Assembly: GCF_009914755.1 (NCBI RefSeq)
Contig: NC_060928.1
Direction: 5' to 3' (one strand)
Length of the DNA stretch: 64,000 nucleotides
DNA from: the human T2T-CHM13v2.0 reference genome, Homo sapiens
Positions 13,396 to 28,470 of this stretch are shown piece by piece (the first letter of the stretch is position 1; each line of letters opens with the position of its first letter). A program made the translations under genes and the position numbers. A model generated the notes under the pieces. That model searched no databases. It had not been told where the DNA came from and saw only the letters and a program-made list of their open reading frames with translations.

Positions 13396-13669
13396 CTATG
13401 GCATTAATTTCCATGAGAGACATTTACTGGAGGTCTGTGTACCAATTAGAGTGCTGGTGGCTGTAATAGAAACTCAACATGACTAAAACAACAACAAAAT
13501 ATCCCATTGAACAGGAAGGCCAGAATTAAGATGGGTCTTGAGCATGGAACTGAGAGATATGGCTGTTTGCTGTGATTCTCTTACCTTTTTTCTTCTTGTA
13601 TGTTATGGCATTTTAATTTTTTTTCTCTAATTGATCCCTTCAAGGTCCATACAATCTTCTATGGACATG

Positions 13670-13990
13670 GGGGATGGAGGGAGGGATTGAGAGAGAGAGA
13701 GTGAAACAGAGAGAAGAGAGAGAAGAGGAAGAGAGGGAAGGAAGAAGAGAGAGAGCAGGAGATAGAGAGAAAGAGAGGAAGAAGAAGAGGAAGAAGGAGA
13801 AGAAAGAAGGAGGAGGAGGGGGAGGAGAAAGAAGGAGAAGGAAGAGGAGGAAGAGGAGTAAGAGGAGCTGGAGGAGCAGGTGTCAGAAGGAGGAATAAGA
13901 ATGAGGAGGAGGAGGAGGAGGAAGAGAAGGAGGGGGAGAGAGGTAGAAGAAGAAAAGAGGAGAAAGGAAGGAGGGGCAGCCAGGAGATAG
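13670..13990 (+). repeat. Polypurine (GA/GGA/GAA) low-complexity tract
   Basis: About 320 bp of almost only A and G. Confidence 0.95.
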
Positions 13991-14797
13991 AGAAACCTTT
14001 GCCTTAAGCAGACTGACAGAGCTTACTTAGGTCTCATGCCCACTCTAGAGATGGGATAATGTCATGTGCCATTTGGCTTAAAATAATCATAATCTGAGGA
14101 CAGTACTGGAGTGGATACCTTAATTAATCTGGAGTTGTGTGGGTGCAGATATGGGTAAACAACACCAGTGATAGCCACAGTCTAACAAGATTCTCTGCTG
14201 CCTGAGGGTTCTCCAGGTCCTCAGGGTCCCTGGAGACACTTGGAGGTTGTTGTCTATGTCTGCAGATGGCAGAGGTGGAGATAAGGAGAGTGGAGCATTT
14301 CTTATGCATGTGTGTGTGTATTTACTTCTAATGTAACATGTAATATGATATACATGTTAATATACATAGTACTTTTAGGTACAGCAAGGAATATACCAGT
14401 CCCTCAGGGTGACCAAGTTACCCCTCATAATTGAATTATAAAGGAAATTCCCTCATGGGGTTTTACATGCAAAATACATTCAAATTTATCACTGAATGAC
14501 AGAGCACAATTTCTAATAAGATCCTTACATTCTGCAAAAGCAGTGATATATTTCATTAGACTGCTTGATGTCCTGTCTCTTGATAATTTCCTGGTATATG
14601 AGATGAAAGCCTAGCTTAGAGATGGTGATTTTGGCTAGGGCAGAGTCGGTGAGGCCCAGGCACAGCCCTATTGGGATGGTAGGTTAGGGTTAAAGTTGGA
14701 AGTCCATGTAAGCTTTTGATCAAACATTTTTGTCCAAGTCTGCTCACAATAGAGGACACAGTATTTATATATGGTATGGCTTTAAGAAGCTGAAGAG

Positions 14798-15710
14798 GGG
14801 GAGGAGCCAAGATGGCCAAATAGGAACAGCTCTGGTCTACAGCTCCCAGCCTGAGCTACGCAGAAGACGGGTGATTTCTGCATTTCCATCTGAGGTACCG
14901 GGTTCATCTCACTAGGGAGTGCCAGACAGTGGGCGCAGGTCAGTGGGTGCGTGCACTGTGCGTGAGCCAAAGCAGGGCGAGGCATTGCCTCACTCCAGAA
15001 GCACAAGGGGTCAGGGAGTTCCCTTTCCTAGTCAAAGAAAGGGGTGACAGATGGCACCTGGAAAATCGGGTCACTCCCACCCGAATACTGCGCTTTTCCA
15101 ACGGGCTTAAAAAACGGCACACCAGGAGATTATATCCCGCACCTGGCTCAGAGGGTCCTACGCCCACGGAGTCTCGCTGATTGCTAGCACAGCAGTCTGA
15201 GATCAAGCTGCAAGGTGGCAGCAAGGCTGGGGAAGGGGCACCCGCCATTGCCCAGGCTTGCTTAGGTAAACAAAGCAGCTGGGAAGCTCGAGCTTTGTGG
15301 AGCCCACCACAGCTCAAGGAGGCCTGCCTGCCTCTGTAGGCTCCACCTCTGGGGGCAGGGCACAGACAAACAAAAAGACAGCAGTAACCTCTGCAGACTT
15401 AAATGTCCCTGTCTAACAGCTTTGGCGAGAGCAGTGGTTCTCCCAGCACGCAGCTGGAGATCTGAGAACGGGCAGACTGCCTCCTCAAGTGGGTCCCTGA
15501 CCCCTGTCCCCTGACCCCCGAGCAGCCTAACTGGGAGGCACCCTCCAGCAGGGGCACACTGACACCTCACACTGCAGGGTACTCCAACAGACCTGCAGCT
15601 GAGGGTCCTTTCTGTTAGAAGGAAAACTAACAAACAGAAAGGACATCCACACCAAAAACCCATCTGTACATCACCATCATCAAAGACCAAAAGTAGATAA
15701 AACCACAAAG
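14798..15710 (+). promoter_or_regulatory. L1 5'UTR: internal sense promoter and antisense promoter, YY1 site
   Basis: YY1 motif AAGATGGCC at 14809-14817; residual CpG-rich L1 5'UTR sequence; lacks the 129-bp segment of older L1PA elements. Confidence 0.8.
14940..15248 (-). CDS. L1 ORF0-like antisense ORF, 102 aa from MAGAP
   Basis: MAGAPSPALLPPCSLISDCCASNQRDSVGVGPSEPG matches L1 ORF0; ATG in good Kozak context (gcaATGg); expression unknown. Confidence 0.55.
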   Translation of the reverse strand: MAGAPSPALLPPCSLISDCCASNQRDSVGVGPSEPGAGYNLLVCRFLSPLEKRSIRVGVTRFSRCHLSPLSLTRKGNSLTPCASGVRQCLALLWLTHSARTH

Positions 15711-16273
15711 ATGGGGAAAAAACAGAACAGAAAAACAGGAAACTCTAAAAAGCAGAGCACCTCTCCTCCTCCAAAGGAATGCAGTTCCTCACCAGCAACG
15801 GAACAAAGCTGGACGGAGAATGACTTTGACGAGCTGAGAGAAGAAGGCTTCAGACAATCAAGTTACTCCGAGCTACGGGAGGACGTTCAAACCAAAGGCA
15901 AAGAAGTTGAAAACTTTGAAAAAAAATTAGAAGAATGTATAACTAGAATAACCAATACAGAGAAGTGCTTAAAGGAGCTGATGGAGCTGAAAACCAAGGC
16001 TTGAGAACTACGTGAAGAATGCAGAAGCCTTAGGAGCCGATGCGATCAACTGGAAGAAAGGGTATCAGTGATGGAAGATGAAATGAATGAAATGAAGCAA
16101 GAAGGAAAGTTTAGAGAAAAAAGAATAAAAAAGAAATAAAATACTTTACAGACAAGCAAATGCTGAGAGATTTTGTCACCACCAGGCTTGCCCTAAAAGA
16201 GCTCCTGAAGGAAGCGCTAAACATGGAAAGGAACAACCAGTACTAGCCGCTGCAAAATCATGCCAAAATGTAA
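15711..16273 (+). pseudogene. L1 ORF1p pseudogene (premature stop plus ~455-bp internal deletion)
   Basis: MGKKQNRKTGNSK...ELKTKA then TGA at 16002-16004; sequence jumps from the KRIKR codons to the EIKYF codons at 16132-16137; ends in the QNHAKM* sequence at 16273. Confidence 0.95.
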
Positions 16274-16336
16274 AGACCATCAAGACTAGGAAGAAACTGC
16301 ATCAACTAACGAGCAAAATAACCAGCTATCATCACA

Positions 16337-20164
<3,828 letters not shown>

Positions 20165-20731
20165 ACAATGAGAACACATGGACACAGGAAGGGGAACATC
20201 ACACTCTGGGGACTGTTGTGGGGTGGGGGGAGGGGGGAGGGATAGCATTGGGAGATATACCTAATGCTAGATGATGAGTTAGTGGGTGCAGTGCACCAGC
20301 ATGGCACATGTATACTTATGTAACTAACCTGCACATTGTGCACATGTACCCTAAATCTTAAAGTACAATAATAAATAAATAAATAATTAAATAAAAAAGA
20401 AGCTGAAGAGATGGGTAAATCTGAGGGAGTAGCACACACTTCCTTTGAAATCTTGTATTTCAAGTTCAAAATTCCCATACACTTTACATTCTTCTCCTTA
20501 ATAGACCTCTGCATGTTTTAATATAAAAATAAAGTTTTCCCATAAATCTCTGAGTAAAATAGATGGTTTGGGAAAATGTACCATGCCTCATTCTGTGGTT
20601 TAATGGAGTTCCAGCACATGGAGGGATTCTCTTGTCAGTTTCCCCATAATTGTGTCATTCTAGGATTACTGTTACTAGTTTGTTCATAGTTATGCAACAC
20701 TACTACTTTTTCTGAAATTTGATATCTTTGA

Positions 20732-21058
<327 letters not shown>

Positions 21059-21240
21059 ACAGTTTTCATTTTCATACTAAGCTGTAGTATCCATGAAATG
21101 TTAAATTCCAGATCATGTTCAATTTCTTGTATTCGTTAAAATGAACATAAAATATCACAACTGGAGGGTACCAACAGGGACCTATGTTTTCCTTTGGGAA
21201 ATGCTTCATTTCCCAGTTTGAGAAGTGCAGAATCACAGCG

Positions 21241-21430
21241 ATAGTTCTCAAACTTTACTGTGCATAGGAATCACCGAGGGAGCTCATACATTCCATGTTC
21301 CTGGGCCCTAACCTCAGGAGGTTTGATTCAGGAGGTCTTAGGTGGGCCTAGAAATCTGCATTTTTAAACAATTACTCCAGATGACTGTGATGCTGGTGGG
21401 TTCTGGGAAAAATATGAAGAACGTTTTCCT
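21241..21430. mobile_element. MER5A/B hAT-Charlie MITE
   Basis: tagttctcaaacttt...gaatcacc...tgattcaggaggtcttaggtgggcctagaaatctgcatttttaaaca. Confidence 0.75.
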
Positions 21431-21529
21431 AGGAGAAAAGATAGATGGCTTGTCTTTTAAATGATCTTTCATAAATCTCTCAGGTTTTAAACAGAAGCTA
21501 AATAATCAACAATTTAACACCAACAGAAA

Positions 21530-21830
21530 TATAGTTAACATTTCTTGGACAACCATCATGTGTCAAACACTGTGCTCATGAATTTATGTTAACTCATTTG
21601 TTGCCTTATTCAATCCTCACACCAGCCCTATATGGTGGGCTATGGTAAATACTATATATGGTAAATACATATACTATAAATATTATATATAAGGTATATA
21701 CTATTATTTTACCTGTTATACAGATGAGAAAACCAAGGTTCAGAGAAGTGCTCCAGGTCACACAACTAATAAGCGGTAATGTGGAATCCTAGCTCAAATC
21801 TGCTCACCTGAGTACTGGTCTCCCAGTGGG
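21530..21830 (-). mobile_element. MIR with internal TA-rich expansion
   Basis: aatcctcacaccagccctat...cagatgagaaaaccaaggttcagagaagt...aggtcacacaactaataagcgg. Confidence 0.75.
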
Positions 21831-21928
21831 GGCTTTCCATTTCATGGATGAAAGAAACTATGTGCTTTGATGACCCAGTGACTAGGTAGCAAAATTGACA
21901 TGTGATCATTGAAACCGTGGATCTAAAG

Positions 21929-22119
21929 CAGGAGTCAACAAACTTTTTCTGTAAAGGGCAAGATAATAAATATTTTTGACTTCGTGGGCCATTCAGTCTC
22001 CATTGCAACTGCTCAACTCTGCCCTTGTGGTGAAAGTAGCAATAGACAATACAGAAATGGATGGACATGGCTCTGTTTCAATAAAACTTTGTTTATAGAA
22101 ACAGTAGTTTCCAACCCTG
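21929..22119 (+). mobile_element. MER58A hAT-Charlie MITE
   Basis: caggagtcaacaaactttttctgtaaagggcagataataaatattttt...actcaactctgcc-like...tttcaataaaactttgttt. Confidence 0.85.
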
Positions 22120-23329
22120 GATTTGAGTTTTCTGGCTTTCAGAATAAAGAGAAGCTTGTGGCAAACACTCCATCCCTTTCCTTTACTTCCTTCTTTGCAT
22201 CTATGGCTCTGGTCATTCCACAGCTACCTTCCTTCTGGGACATTACACATGAACTCCCCACTCTGTGCCTTTGCTTGAGTTCTCCCAGTTACCTTCACCA
22301 ATCCATACGTCCTTCTCTCAAAGTTCAGTGCATGTCTCACTTCCTCCCCAAAGGCTTTCTCCTCCTGGCTTTCCCTTGAGCTTCCCCCTGCAAACACAGC
22401 CACATGAGAGGTATTCTAAAAGCAGATCTGATGTGGCTTTCCCTGGTTAGCACCCTTCAGTAGCTTCCCATGACTTTCAGGATAAAATCTGAGTTCCTTT
22501 ACTGCAAGCCCTCACCAACTCTGCTGATGTTTGCAGATGGGGACCTAGTGCCCCAGTAATACCAAAGTGCTTTGAGCACACACTGTGTTCAGGCCGTGGG
22601 TTCATCACTTGGATAGCCCTGACTGGGGTGTCAACTTGTACCACTCATGTGGGCAAGAATGTAACTCTCCTTTCTCTATATTATTCAGGAGCCCCCCATT
22701 TCTTTATTTTTAATTATCTCAGAAATCCCTGTTTCTGCTCATGGTGAAAAAAATAACTCTTGTCATTTCATGGCAAGCCGGTCACTTCTGGATTTCAGCA
22801 CAGTCGATTCAGAATGTCAGCTTGGCCCATTTAAGACTCCATTTTCTACCCTCTCCTCCAAGGTGATCTAAGCTGCCAGGGAGTGATGTTTCTCCCAGGC
22901 ATTGAGGAGGGCACCTGCTGGCTTCGGGCCTTTCTGGTGGCTGACTTCTTATTGTGGAGGCAGCATCTGCTGCTGTGACCTGTGATCATGCTCTTGTTCT
23001 GGGATTTCCGGGTCTACACATGACATATCTTTCTCCTCTCTCCAGTTGGTTAGACCTGTACCTCCTTTAGGGCAGGAAAGCTATTCGGTCATTATTCATT
23101 CTTCCCTACCCTGAAGTTTATGGTATAAAGTCTATGCTCTGCATTAATCATTTTTCTTTACGTATGTAAAGGTAAGCTTTTGAAATTTTCTCAGACACAA
23201 CCAGCCAACCAAATCCTCAAAAGTTTTCTCCCTAGAAAAGTGGCTTTTCAAATCTGAGAATTTGACTCTGTTCTAAATGCTGCTTTTTCCCCATGAAGCT
23301 CATGCATGTAGTAGTCTCTTGCTCCTGTC

Positions 23330-23820
23330 TGAGATCTTTCAAAATATTACTGCTCAGCATTTAGTAAGTCACTTCTTCCATGAGGCCCACCCTTATCTCC
23401 CCAGTTGGTGGTGGTAGGTGGTCCTCTTCTGTGCTACTGTTAAAGCCTTATGCATTATTTCTATCATTGTAACCTGTATCCTAATTGTCCATTTACTTGA
23501 CATCTCCCAAGAGAGTATGGTCATCTTGAAAATGAAGGTCATGCTTTTTAATTCGTTATATTTCCAGGGCTTAATGCAGGTCCCTGCACAGTGTAGCTGG
23601 TAAAAAATACATATATATATATAAAAATATATAATATATAAAAATATATATATTATATATTTATATATTAATATATATATTATGTATATAAATATATAAT
23701 ATGTATATAAATATATATTATATGTATGTAAATATATATAATATATATAAATATATATTATATGTATATATATATATTATATATGTAAATATATATATAT
23801 AGTTTGTTGATTGAATAACC
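23330..23820 (+). mobile_element. L2 3' end fragment carrying an AT-rich microsatellite
   Basis: tatttccagggcttaatgcaggtccctgcacagtgtag ... tttgttgattgaat L2 terminus. Confidence 0.6.
23607..23801. repeat. Interrupted (TA)n / AT-rich tandem repeat
   Basis: About 195 bp built from tatataaatatatattatatg-like units. Confidence 0.95.
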
Positions 23821-24861
23821 CACACAGCCTCTCCTGCAATTCACTTCAGTGACCATCTGGTTAGTATCTACGGCATTGTTAACTAGCTTTTAAGGCTGTG
23901 TTTTATCTTTTCAGCTAATCATAAAGTCCTTGAAGTCACCGGCAATGCTATATAATGTTAGTTTATTTTTTAATTCTCCTACAATACTCTGTGCAGGACT
24001 AGGTATACAAAAATATTTGTTTAGTCGATGATTAAAATTACTCCTCTCTTTTTAAAAGAAAACAAATACGTGCAATTTACAATAACATTCTAATTGGGTT
24101 CTTCAGGTAGGTCATGTTGACTTTGCTGCATCATTTATCCTCATTGGTGTTTTAGTTATTAGATATTTGTCAACTCTCCCAGACTTATGACTGTGTTTAT
24201 TTTAAGGCACTCTGTTCAGCACCTCCAGCAGTGGTTTGTGCTAAAGGGAAATTTAATAAACATTGAACGATGATCAGATATTGGCTCTTTTCCACCAAAT
24301 AAGCTCTCTAATCATTCCCTGTCCTGTCCTGTGAACTTGCTTAGATTACAAAGGATGTGCTATGCATTGCACAGTATGTCCCCCTCATCTTAAATTTAGC
24401 CATGGAAATATAGCATTAAGGAATTATGCTAATTGGCTGAGGCACATTGAGCTAGTTACTTCCATTATTCGGAACTTAGTTTCCCCATTTGTAAATAAAG
24501 TAGGAAAGACAGTGTGATCTTGGGGTTCTCTCCCTGTTGTATAAAACTCTGTCCATCCAATCCAGGTACCTGGAGAAGGGAATTGAGCACAGGCACAGAC
24601 AACAAGAGACAACAGGAAATGCTGCCTTACCAAGCCAGCTGCTTCATACGGAAAACAATTCAGAGTCTAAAATTGACTCAGCAGCAACACGGGGATGAAG
24701 AAAAGCTATGGGTTTGGGGGAAATAACATCTAGAGCTTACTGGATGCATTTTCCTAAAGGCCAATTGAAGTTCTTTTTCTTAGATACAGAAAGTGTTGAT
24801 TTTTATGCCAAGTACTAGACACTTTCACATAAGTAACCCTTACAACAATCTGAAGATAATC

Positions 24862-25162
<301 letters not shown>

Positions 25163-26199
25163 GATAATTTTTATTTATCATTCTTTTTTAAGAAAAAAAC
25201 AAAAAAAAATGATTCATTGAGATTAAATAATGTGCACAAAGGCAGACAGCTAGAATATGGCAGATCCAGGATTGAAACTCTGAATTCGTGCATGCTTGTT
25301 CCCCTCTGCTTTGCAATACCCAGTACTGATAATAGTCCTCTATCTTTATTTAGACAACAGTGTGATATTAGTGCATGTCATTAGAAGTGGCTGGGAGCAT
25401 TGTTAAAGCTTTGGGCCACAAGAGTACTGTTCAGTGCAATGAAGCAAATATCTTTTCATACAAATAATTTATTTGTACCAAAGTTTTCCACTTGAACACC
25501 CGAAGTGAATTGGACTAATGTACTATTTTATACTAATGAGGTGGTTGGAAATTGATGTATTTAGAGCTTATGAAATTTCAGACTGGCTTTCAAACCCTTT
25601 ATTTATTTCCTGGTGGACTTCAAGTAAAATGTAACCTAAATGATTCTTATTCATTTACATGTTTATGCTCATGAAATATATTTGGATGAATTATTTAATG
25701 CCCACTGCTTAAGATCCTTTTCTTAAAGGCCATTTGAAGTCCCTTTTCTTTGAAACAGAACATGTTGATTTTGATGTCAAGGGTAAATGAATTTGAACCA
25801 TAGACAAGTTTGCAATTTAGGATGAAGCCTTGAACTTTGTAAGCTCCAGTTGGCATCCAACCTTGGCAAATGCATTCTTTAACTTCTAAAGTAGTTATAT
25901 TAGAGAAATCCAGAGGGAAAACAGGGCTTTAATGAAAATTGTCAACAAAATAGAAAATAAAAAAAGAAAGCATATTTTAAAATCCAGAACTGGAGAGGTC
26001 CCTAACTACAAACAACTGAGGCATAAAACTCAAGAAGGCTTCAAACAGCTTCAATCTGCTAGTGAATCTGTTCTTTGATAGCATGTAAAATCTAGGCTGA
26101 GAAGTGTGTGCTGAAGGGTTTCAGTACACTAATTCCAACTAATTCCAAGATTGGTTTTGCAAAAGAACCTGACTGGCATTCTAAAAAGAAATGGCAGGG

Positions 26200-26358
26200 A
26201 AGGGAAGAAGAAGAAAGAAAGAGAAGACAGAGTCAGAGACAGAGAGAGAGATGAAGAGATAGAGATACAGAGACGATGGGAGGGGGTGGAGAGAAATTGA
26301 GAGAGAGAGAGCAGGACCGAGAGCAAAAGAGAGAGAGAGAAAGAAGGGGAGGGAGAGA
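26200..26358 (+). repeat. GA-rich simple repeat
   Basis: (GA)n-rich tract. Confidence 0.9.
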
Positions 26359-26569
26359 TCTTTGTTTAGAGACCGAAGATTTAGGTTTGAATCTTAGTTC
26401 TGTTATTAACATTTATAAGATTTCACGCAGATCACTGAAAGCAATTTGAACTTCAGTTTTCTTACATATATAGTGGGAAGAAAGACATCAGACTTTACAC
26501 TGTAGGATCAATTGAGATGGTGAATGTGAACAATTCTGCAGATGTAAAGATGATGCAAATGTGGACATC

Positions 26570-27930
26570 GTTAACCCCTCCTCCCCTACTGGTAGGTCAA
26601 CACACAATCCTCACCTGTTTCCATCCCCTCTCTGAAATTTCCTGTGTTGCTCCTCTGAGGCAAATCTTTCCAAGTGTGCTCTAAATCTGATGCCTAGATC
26701 TCATCCTCTTCCACTGGTTTTCACTCTGTTGTTTACTTCTGCCTTTCTGCATTCCCTCAATTTGTCATTTATTTTTGGATTCTTCCTGGGAGTCTTCAAA
26801 CATCTCTTGACTCTCTAGTTGCTCTCTAGGTACCACCCAAGTCTCTTCTTCATTTCATTTTCAGGATTCTTGTAAGATATGTCTACACAAGCTGTCTCCA
26901 CTTATTTACCTCCAAAGCTCTTCACCCATTTCAGTGTGGATCCCACCACTTCCCACATCTCTATCCCTCCCCATTTTAACAGACCAAATGGATTCCATAG
27001 TGCAGAAACTGGTGTAACTTTCTAGTTTCATATAATGAAGCTGTTTTCACATTGAATATTCTTTCCTTCTTGAAATACTATCTTATTGGGGCTTCTGTGA
27101 CTTCAGTCTCTCCAGGTGTTCTTGCTAGCTGCCTGGAAGCCCCTTCTGAGCCTTTTTTGATGGTTCATTTTCCTCCTCACAATCTCGGTATCTTGGAATA
27201 TCTCGAGGAACAGTCCTAGGCCTTTTCTCTTCTTGGTCCACACTCTCCTCTAGCAGTCCCATTTACTTACTTGACATCAAAAACCCTTATTATACCAAAA
27301 TTCCCCAGTTCAGTCTGCATCATCCAGCCTCTCCCTTGTCTTGTATCTAGGCTCAGATTTCAATAGTATCTCAGCAGCTCTACTTAAATATCTTCCAGAC
27401 AACTCAAAATGAACATGTTCAAAACAGAAGTTATGTTTTTTTCCTCCACATATGCTTCTGTCTAAGGCCTCCCCAGCTCAGTAAATGACTGCTTGCTTAT
27501 GTCTGAAAGCTGGGAGTTATTCCTGATACCTCCTTATCCCTTATTCCTCACACTAAATTGAATACCAAGTCCTATTAATTCATCTTCCAAAGCACCTTTG
27601 TGTTTGCTCACTTCTGTTTAGGTTCATTTATGTCACTAGTCCAAATCACCATCATTTCTCACCTGGACTATGGTGTTCCTTTCCAAGCTGTATTTTCCAC
27701 TTGTAATTCTGTTGTCTTTGATTCTGTTCTTCAAACAGCAATAAGAGTGATATTCAGAAAATTCAAAGTGGTTATACCATTCCTAAGTTTTAAATCCTTC
27801 ATTTGGGTTTCCAATGGCACTTTCTATAAAATCCAACATTTTTATTACAGTCTGCAAGACCCTCCATGATCTGAGCTTTGCCCCTCTTCCCCAATCTCAT
27901 CTAATTCATCACTGACCCTCTTATTCATTG
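26570..27930 (+). mobile_element. LINE-2 fragment(s)
   Basis: L2 hallmarks: actcaaaatgaacatgttcaaaacagaa; accatcatttctcacctggacta; taaaatccaacatt...caagaccctccatgatctg. Confidence 0.75.
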
Positions 27931-28430
27931 CCAATCATTTTTGCCAGAATGTTCTGGAGTTTAACATTTCTTTGTGTTACAAAAGCCAGACAACTATGAA
28001 GAATTCAGAGTTGTGATGCCAGAAACACAGATGTCCTTTTGTTTGTGTCAGAGCCATTTGAACCAGAGTGACTCCATCTTGAAAGGGGGCTGGGTAAAAT
28101 AAGGCTGAGACCTACTGGGCTGCATTCCCAGGAGTTTAGGCATTCTCAGTCGCAGGATGAGATAGGAGGTTGGTACAAGATACAGGTCCCAAAGACCCTG
28201 CTGATAAAGCAGGATGCAGTAAAGAAGCTGGACAAGACCTGTTAAAACCAAGATGGTGATTAAAGTGACCTCTGATTATCCTCACTGCTCATTATACTTT
28301 AATTATAATGCATTAGCATGCTAAAAGACACTCCTACCAGCACCATGACAGTTTACAAATGCCATGGCAATATCCGGATGTTACCCTATAGGGGTAAAAA
28401 GGGGACTCTAAAAAGGGGAGGAAACCTCAG

Positions 28431-28460
28431 TTCTGGGAAATCTCCACCCCTTTCCCAGAA
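28431..28460 (+). promoter_or_regulatory. Tandem GAS (STAT) motifs in MER41B
   Basis: TTCTGGGAA (28431-28439) and TTCCCAGAA (28452-28460), both matching TTCN3GAA. Confidence 0.6.
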
Positions 28461-28470
28461 AACTCGTGAA

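Noticed and set aside
13674-13898. Highly charged E/R/K-rich ORF (and ORFs over 59736-60101)
   Set aside because: These are translations of GA- or CT-rich simple repeats.
20207-20241. G-quadruplex-forming run
   Set aside because: This is the standard G-rich tract of the L1PA 3'UTR, not specific to this locus.
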